From the NCBI GenBank assembly GCA_025594325.1, contig JANHCV010000008.1, positions 992,001 to 1,056,000 on the forward strand: 64,000 nucleotides of DNA. Direction: 5' to 3'. Made by a program: the position numbers and the translations under genes. Source of the DNA: Blastocladiella emersonii ATCC 22665. Lineage: Eukaryota > Fungi > Blastocladiomycota. The notes beneath the pieces are model-generated. The model saw only the letters and a program-made list of their open reading frames with translations. It was not told where the DNA came from and did not search any database. Positions 58,209 through 64,000 of the stretch are shown here, in pieces. The stretch's first letter is position 1, and each line of letters opens with the position of its first letter.

Positions 58209-59160
58209 TTATTGATTCTCGATCTCGTCGCGCATCTCATCCCACAACACTCGAACCGCACGCACTCGAACATCCGCGGGAAGCTGTCGCAACGCTTGTA
58301 GAACATGAAGCGCCCGCTTGATATCGTAGGCATCGCCAAATGCGGTCCCAGGGCTTTGAGCGACAGGGGTGAGACGTTAGATCCACTAGGCCACCTCGCG
58401 ATTGGCATCAGCTTCAGCCTTCAGCTCAGATGCATGGACCAGGTCAGTGAGCAAGTCGATTCCATGCTTTCGCGCGGTGGTGACAAACAGCTGCACATGA
58501 GCAATTGGCTGACGCAGGAGCGGGCAGGACTCGGGCGAGTGTTTCCTGAGCAGCGTGAGAGCCTTTCCGGGAAGCGCTCGATTGCAGTAGTCGCAAGGGC
58601 TCAATCCAAGCGACGTGTGTGACACGGACCCCGAAAATGAGCAATCGGTCGCTCGATTCGGCGATTGCGACCAAGCGCGCGAGCACGAGGGGGAGCTTGA
58701 GGGCAAACGAGAGTACAGCGAGCTCCGCGGTGAGTTATGGACGCTGGATGGTGTCAGTGACCTCCGCCACGCGCGCGATGGCGAGCGACCGCGCGGTTTT
58801 CTGTCGTATAGATTGCGAGAGGGAGAAGGCGAAGGTCTTGGCGGCAGGGCAAGGGCAAGTAGGTGCGATAGCGGTGAGCGAGCCGTAGGCATTGCGTCCG
58901 TCCCCTTGACTGAAGCGGCTCGATGCCTGTGTCCAGAGTTGCCCCACTTCTTGCTCAGCTGGACATACGTTTGCGCAACATTGGAAAGCGAAGCGTTGGG
59001 ATCGCACACGAGCTGCCTGATCGGGCGCGGGCTCCACTCGAAGCTGCGGTAGACGCGAATATTGTAAGCGCGCTTGACGTGCTCCTCGGACAAAATAGCG
59101 GGGTCAGCTCAACCCGTTCGGAAAGCAGCGGGATGCCGCGAAGATCTCAACTTTGGCGGG
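58209..59160 (-). pseudogene. Family A (A1-like) 5'-truncated copy
   Basis: End of core, CDYC-x14-H-x4-C, then in-frame TAG 58386 and TAA 58377, continuing to LRQLPADVRVRAVRVLWDEM. Confidence 0.7.
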
Positions 59161-59382
59161 CGGCGGCGGCAGGCCGGGGCTCGCGGTGGACAAGTTGCAT
59201 GGAGTTGTGAAGTCTTGAACGACAGAGGGAGGTAAGTGCAAGATGGAGCGAGAGCGAGAAGCAAAAGTCGAGTCTCGCCGCCGCCACGCCTCCCGTCATG
59301 TGGTGTGGCGCATCGAGCACTTTTGCTGCAGCCGTCCGCCCGGCCCTCGCTCTCCAACCACTTGCAGCCCATGTAATGCACA

Positions 59383-61241
59383 ATGAATGAACCTCCAACG
59401 ACTTGCTGCAATCAAGTTTATGGGCCCGAAAGTCCAGCCTCCACCGCTTCCGCGGCCGATTTTCAGGAGGCGGTCGCAACGTTCCACCGCTTCGAATCCA
59501 CCGGAGAGCTGCCTCGGAACGAAGTCTCTGCAGCAGAGCAAGGCGCCCTTTGTAACCTCATGAACATGCGCTTGAATCTCATCCATGCTGGGTTGCAGCT
59601 CCGCAACGGACACGGTCCGCCCTTCAGCCCTGCCCCACTCAGTAGAGCGGCTATTGCGGTCGGTAACGCGGAAGCGAACCTTGCCAAATTTACTGCGCTT
59701 CGTACTCGAACCCCGGAACCATCCCAAACTACAACTGCGGGAAGCCCGGCGCATCCTTTGTCCGTTCTTGCGCATTCTCCGTCTGTGGAATGCTCGCCCG
59801 TTGTTCTGCTGAAGCAGGGTATCGACTTGGACCAGCTTGGCAACTCAATCGACGTTGACGAAGACCAAGGTTCTTACATTGCCGCTCCCACTGCGGACGA
59901 GTCTCATCCCAGTGACACCATGGCCGTTCCCGATTGCGACGACACAGCAGCCTTGACTGTTGCTGCACCCGAAATTCGCTCATACGTGCCGCAACACGTC
60001 ATTCCGCCGAGCGTATTGACCCATATGGGACTCGTTGCTGGCGATCCGGACCTCGCTGCTGCCGTTCGCAGTATCCAGTTTCCTGCACACGTCTTGGATC
60101 CGTTCTTGCCCGATGCATCGCGTGCGATCGCCAATTTGCTGGACGCACTTTTGCAAACGAATCTACCGCACGGCAAACTCGCCTCAGCCTTGCTACTCCT
60201 GCACGACCGCCTACCTTACGCAATCTACCGGGCCTATGCCATAGCTCTCACACCCGACATGTCCGATGCGCTTGCAAAGGACACGATCACTGCAGTGTTC
60301 TGCGATCCCCCCCTGGGATGGCTCAAAACATGGAACAGGCTTCGCTTTGGGGCAAGGACTGCTAGCTTAAAGAAAGTTGTTGCCCAGTCTCGTAATCTTG
60401 TTCTTGCGGCGGGCCGCGGGAATCACGTCCACCTAACTTTGCCGCACATCAGAGGCCTTGTCCTCGAGCGGTTTGACTGGATTGATTGGCCTGCACTAGC
60501 CCTGCTTGTCGCTGATCGTACTTGCTCCTTCACTGTTATGCTAAGCCGCGCATTTGACATGCTTCCATCACGCACGGTGGACCTTCCTCCGTGTCCGCCA
60601 GGTCAAAACGCGATCCTTCCGTCTCCTACAGATTCTCCGGCTCGCTCATCTTCCCCTACTTTGCCCTCATTGGCTCCGATGGACGCCTTAATTGAACAGC
60701 CAGTTGCCAAAGGCATACACGACTCTTGCACGGCTTCCGTTCCACTTCGCTCGCCTGTAGCAGCTCGAACGCGTCGAACTCCTTAAACGATGACTGCGTC
60801 TATTGCAAGGCTCTCAGGACTACGCCACCAGTTAAATTAACTTACTTCCTTGCGCCGCCTCACACAGAGGACAAGTGTGAACCTCTTTGCAACGTGCAGG
60901 AAGTCTCAAAGCGCGTTGCGGCCGTGATGTCTGGAAGCTTGCCAGTCGAACTTCCGCCCAAGAACGAGACAAGCGACGCGCTCGTGACGCGTGTCATTGC
61001 CGTGATCGCCCAAATCAAGTCTTTGCAGGTGGATTCGGTCATCTTAGCCAAAGCTTCCCTATGCGCGCTCACACGGATCAAGGATCGCGAGGTGCGTGAC
61101 AAACGGATCCGCAAGTTTCTCGTTTGGCTTCATTGCACGCAGCGGTGGAATCTTGGGTATAAGCAGATCGATGTGAGCAAGGCGGTCACCATGATTCTTA
61201 CCAAGCAACCCAAGAAGCAAGCCCAAACTGTGCCTGCGTAG
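59383..61241 (+). pseudogene. Family A (A5) gene with one frameshift near 60750
   Basis: TTCCN, EQGALCNLMNMRLNLI and core in ORF 59383; CVYC-x18-H-x4-C and tail in ORF 60726. The frameshift may be a sequencing error. Confidence 0.75.
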
Positions 61242-61579
61242 GATGTATCGCCAGCCATTTTTCCACGCTCTGTAACGTATTCTTGTCGTGAACAAAGATT
61301 CGACTATTCGCGAGTGCGTAATGGTGTGTAAGTGATTCAGCTGAGCACGTGAGGCGGATCCGGCTCGCTGTCATGCAGCGGGCTTGCGTGAACGACGCGC
61401 TGCGTTTCAGGATGAAAGCGTGCGCGCGCGCGCTGTTCTGCAACAGGCAAGTGAACGCCAAGTTCATGCTGTGCCACAGCAAACCAAGCGCGCACTCGCT
61501 CGCCGCCGGCGCCACTATAAAGCTGCAGCCCGCCCCCGCGGCATCCCCGCTCTCTTCCTCAACCTAGACTCGACTTCAC

Positions 61580-62710
61580 ATGAAGCTCCAGCTCCTGGTC
61601 CTACTCATTGCAGCTCTCCTCGCTGCGGCGTCCGTTCACGCGGCGCCGACCGCCACCAAGCGCGGCCGCCGTCGCTTGCCGCTTGAGCTGCCCAAGCAGC
61701 GCAACATGGCCACTCTGCCGTACTCGTTCGGCCAGGAGAACATCACCGTAAGGCGAGCGCCAGCTCATGTTCTCCCAGACGATCGACCTGGGCAAGATCG
61801 ACCCGAAGCGCGGCAACGTGCAGTGTTCGCGCCTCGTCATTGACGCGGAGCGTACCAACCTGCGCAAGGACCTGTTCGCGCACCACGGCGCCGGCGAGGA
61901 GCAGACGGGCGACGTGCTCAAGATCACCAACCTCGTCGACGGCTCGGTGCAGTGGCTCAACGCCTTCGCGCTCAAGCACTGGAACTACCGCTCAGCCTTC
62001 TTCAACGGCGGCAAGCTCAAGGTCGAGCTGCTCATCAGCGCCAAGCTCCCGGTTCCGGACCGCGTGTCGGTCGTCGTGACCTCGGTCATCGTCAACCACG
62101 AGCGCGGGAACGTCGGCGACCCGATCCCGCTGCCGCTGCCGGCGTCGCTGTGCAACGCCGTCGACTCGCGCAAGGCGTCAACCAATCCGCGAGTCGCGCG
62201 TCTGTTTCCGTCCGGATGCACGGCTCATTAACGACGCTAAGGGGTGTATGCTGACGGCCGGCCACTACCGAGGACTGGGCCTACTTTGGCACCCGCGCCA
62301 ACCCGAACACGGGGCTCTCGTTCAAGGCCGCGGCGGGCGGACGCGCTTTCTCGCTCGCTGCCCTTGACGCGGCGACGGACACGATCAAGGGTGTCGACGC
62401 GGGCGCGGCCGTCACGCTGACGGGCTACGGGATCGTGCGCGACGCGAACAGCAAGCAGTTCGAGCAGGTGCAGCAGTCGTCGACGGGCAAGCTCGTTGCG
62501 TTCGAGGGCGCCGAGCACGTTCACCACCGATTTGACTGCGATTCAGGCAGCTCGGGCTCGCCGCTCGTCGTCGGCGACGTCGCCATCGGGATCCACACGA
62601 ACGGCGGGTGTGACGCGCGCGACGGCGGGTCGGCCAACTACGGGTCGACGGTCGCGATGCGCGGCCTGCGCGAGGCGCTGGCCAACCCGAAGGGCGTGTG
62701 CAAGGGTTAG
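61580..62710 (+). pseudogene. Secreted trypsin-fold (S1, lysyl/glutamyl endopeptidase-like) serine protease, decayed
   Basis: Signal peptide MKLQLLVLLIAALLAAASVHA; LTAGH (62251-65), DWAYF (62273), GSSGSP (62546-63), GIHTNGGC. Frameshifts at ~62222 and 62266. Confidence 0.8.
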
Positions 62711-62999
62711 TCGCGTCGCGTGAATTGCCAATACACACTTGTGGCTCCTCATACTTGATGTCTAACCGTCTCACTTGAGAGATACGAGGGCAATCATGTC
62801 GCTGATCGTCGCTGATCGGGCGCGGTCGACTGCCGAAGCAATGGCATTTGATCACGCGTTGCGATATCACGTGAAGGCGCGGCGAGGGCGTCTCGCGCTT
62901 CGCTTTTTCGTCGGCGCGCCTGACTACGTTCTTCGCGTATATCACCCATACAGCAATGAATTGCTTACGAACTTCATACAATCCATTCGCCGAAGGCAG

Positions 63000-64000
63000 G
63001 CCGAGTACCGAACGCGTCGCCGCTGAGGAGATGGCTGAGGCCGCAGGGCCGCCGCGTGCACCGACCCCGCTTGAGGTCAACGAGTGCGTCCTAGTTGGGC
63101 TGCCCGAGTCGGTCGGCCGCGCACCCACGTCGATCACAGCGTCGGTGCGACTACTCGTGTGCACCGAGCGCCTGATCGGCAACCCGTCCGCGCTGCGCGA
63201 GCTCGTGTCCCACATCAACGGCGGCGACACGAACGAGGCCATCAACATGGTCCTCAACGGCCGCCATGCTGTGGACGAGTACTGCGCGACGTGGCACCAG
63301 CTCTCGTGTAGCGCGATTGTCGGCGTCGGCAGCCCGTGGCTCAATTCGACCGTCGAGCAGGCGATCCCGCTCATCGTCATGCTCGCGTGCATCACGGACC
63401 ACCTCGCCGCCGCGTTTGGGACCAACGTGACGCTCCCACACGGCGTGAGCAAGATCGAGTGCATGGTGGCCGTCCTGCGCGTCGATCTGGCCTCGTGGCG
63501 CAAGGCCGTCGACTGGTTCATGAAGAAGCTCGCGGAAAACCCGCGTCGCGACGGCGGTACGGCCGTCACCGAGGCGTACAAGTCGGACGACCTCAACCGG
63601 CTCCGACTCGTCGCGGACGCGGGACCCATGGCCATGCTGTGTCTCGCGATCCCCGATCCGCGGCTCAAGGCGAACCAGGGCTACCTGAACCTCGCCACGT
63701 GCCACCCGGCCGGCGCGACGCGCACGAAACCGTGCCGCGCGCTGTTCGTCCCGACCGCGTACAACTTGGACTACCGCGCCGCGACTATCAGCACGACCCT
63801 CGCCCTGCTCGCCAAGCTCAACAACTACCCATTGCGGGTCGTCGTCCTCTTCTGCCTCTCCTCTTTTGCGTCCAACGCGCACTTTGTCCTGCATCTCGGC
63901 CAGCTCGTCCTCGTCCATGCAGCGGGTACGACGACTTGCTCTCATTCTCGCTACGCACGACTCACCGCGAGCCACGTCTGTAGTGACCGTGCGGCCGCCG
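63000..64000 (+). CDS. Hypothetical GC3-rich protein running off the window end (missed by the ORF track)
   Basis: No stop from the CAG acceptor at 62997-99 (ATG 63031: MAEAAGPPRAPTPLEVNECVLVGLPE...) to 64000. Probable intron donor near 63925. Confidence 0.55.

Noticed and set aside
11365-58388. TAA/TAG reassigned to Gln (alternative genetic code)
   Set aside because: Family B paralogs end at the same position with TAG, TAG and TGA. ORFs of 600-700 aa contain no TAR, and CAA/CAG are common. Mutation explains the stops better.
1-64000. Intact LTR retrotransposons or endogenous virus
   Set aside because: No RT (YxDD), RNase H, integrase or protease motifs, no LTR pairs or primer-binding site, and no viral hallmark genes recognised.

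Overview
Eukaryotic, GC-rich DNA with short GT-AG introns (GTACGT/GTGAG donors). The ankyrin-like 'WW.SG[LV]' proteins suggest an early-diverging fungus, possibly Blastocladiomycota (inference). The window is dominated by an intronless paralog family ('family A', about 24 copies or remnants, both intact and decayed). Members share four parts: (i) an N-terminal M-x-T-x-C-N motif plus a helical '[LM]N[LM]R[IL]..I..AL' module; (ii) a ~150-aa core containing a segment like the retroviral capsid major homology region (e.g. LVPTPGESVTAHYAKFCALLAEV); (iii) an extended C-x2-C-x11..22-H-x4-C zinc knuckle; (iv) a helical tail ending L..LP...R...LR..W. Several copies also carry long Arg/Ser repeats. I read this as a Gag-like array without pol, integrase or LTRs; the homology is unproven. 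Interspersed are: three copies of a small 'family B' gene ending RI[EV]EL[DE], each next to the same A subtype; ankyrin-LRR, LRR, ankyrin and F-box-like genes; a PIF1/Helitron-type helicase remnant; a DIRS-type Gag fragment; and a decayed secreted serine protease. Two near-identical PIF/Harbinger transposons (42970-45416, 49674-52915) sit in inverted orientation, each inside a family-A gene, with complementary defects. Many decayed genes have in-frame TAA/TAG stops, some at positions that are Gln in homologs.
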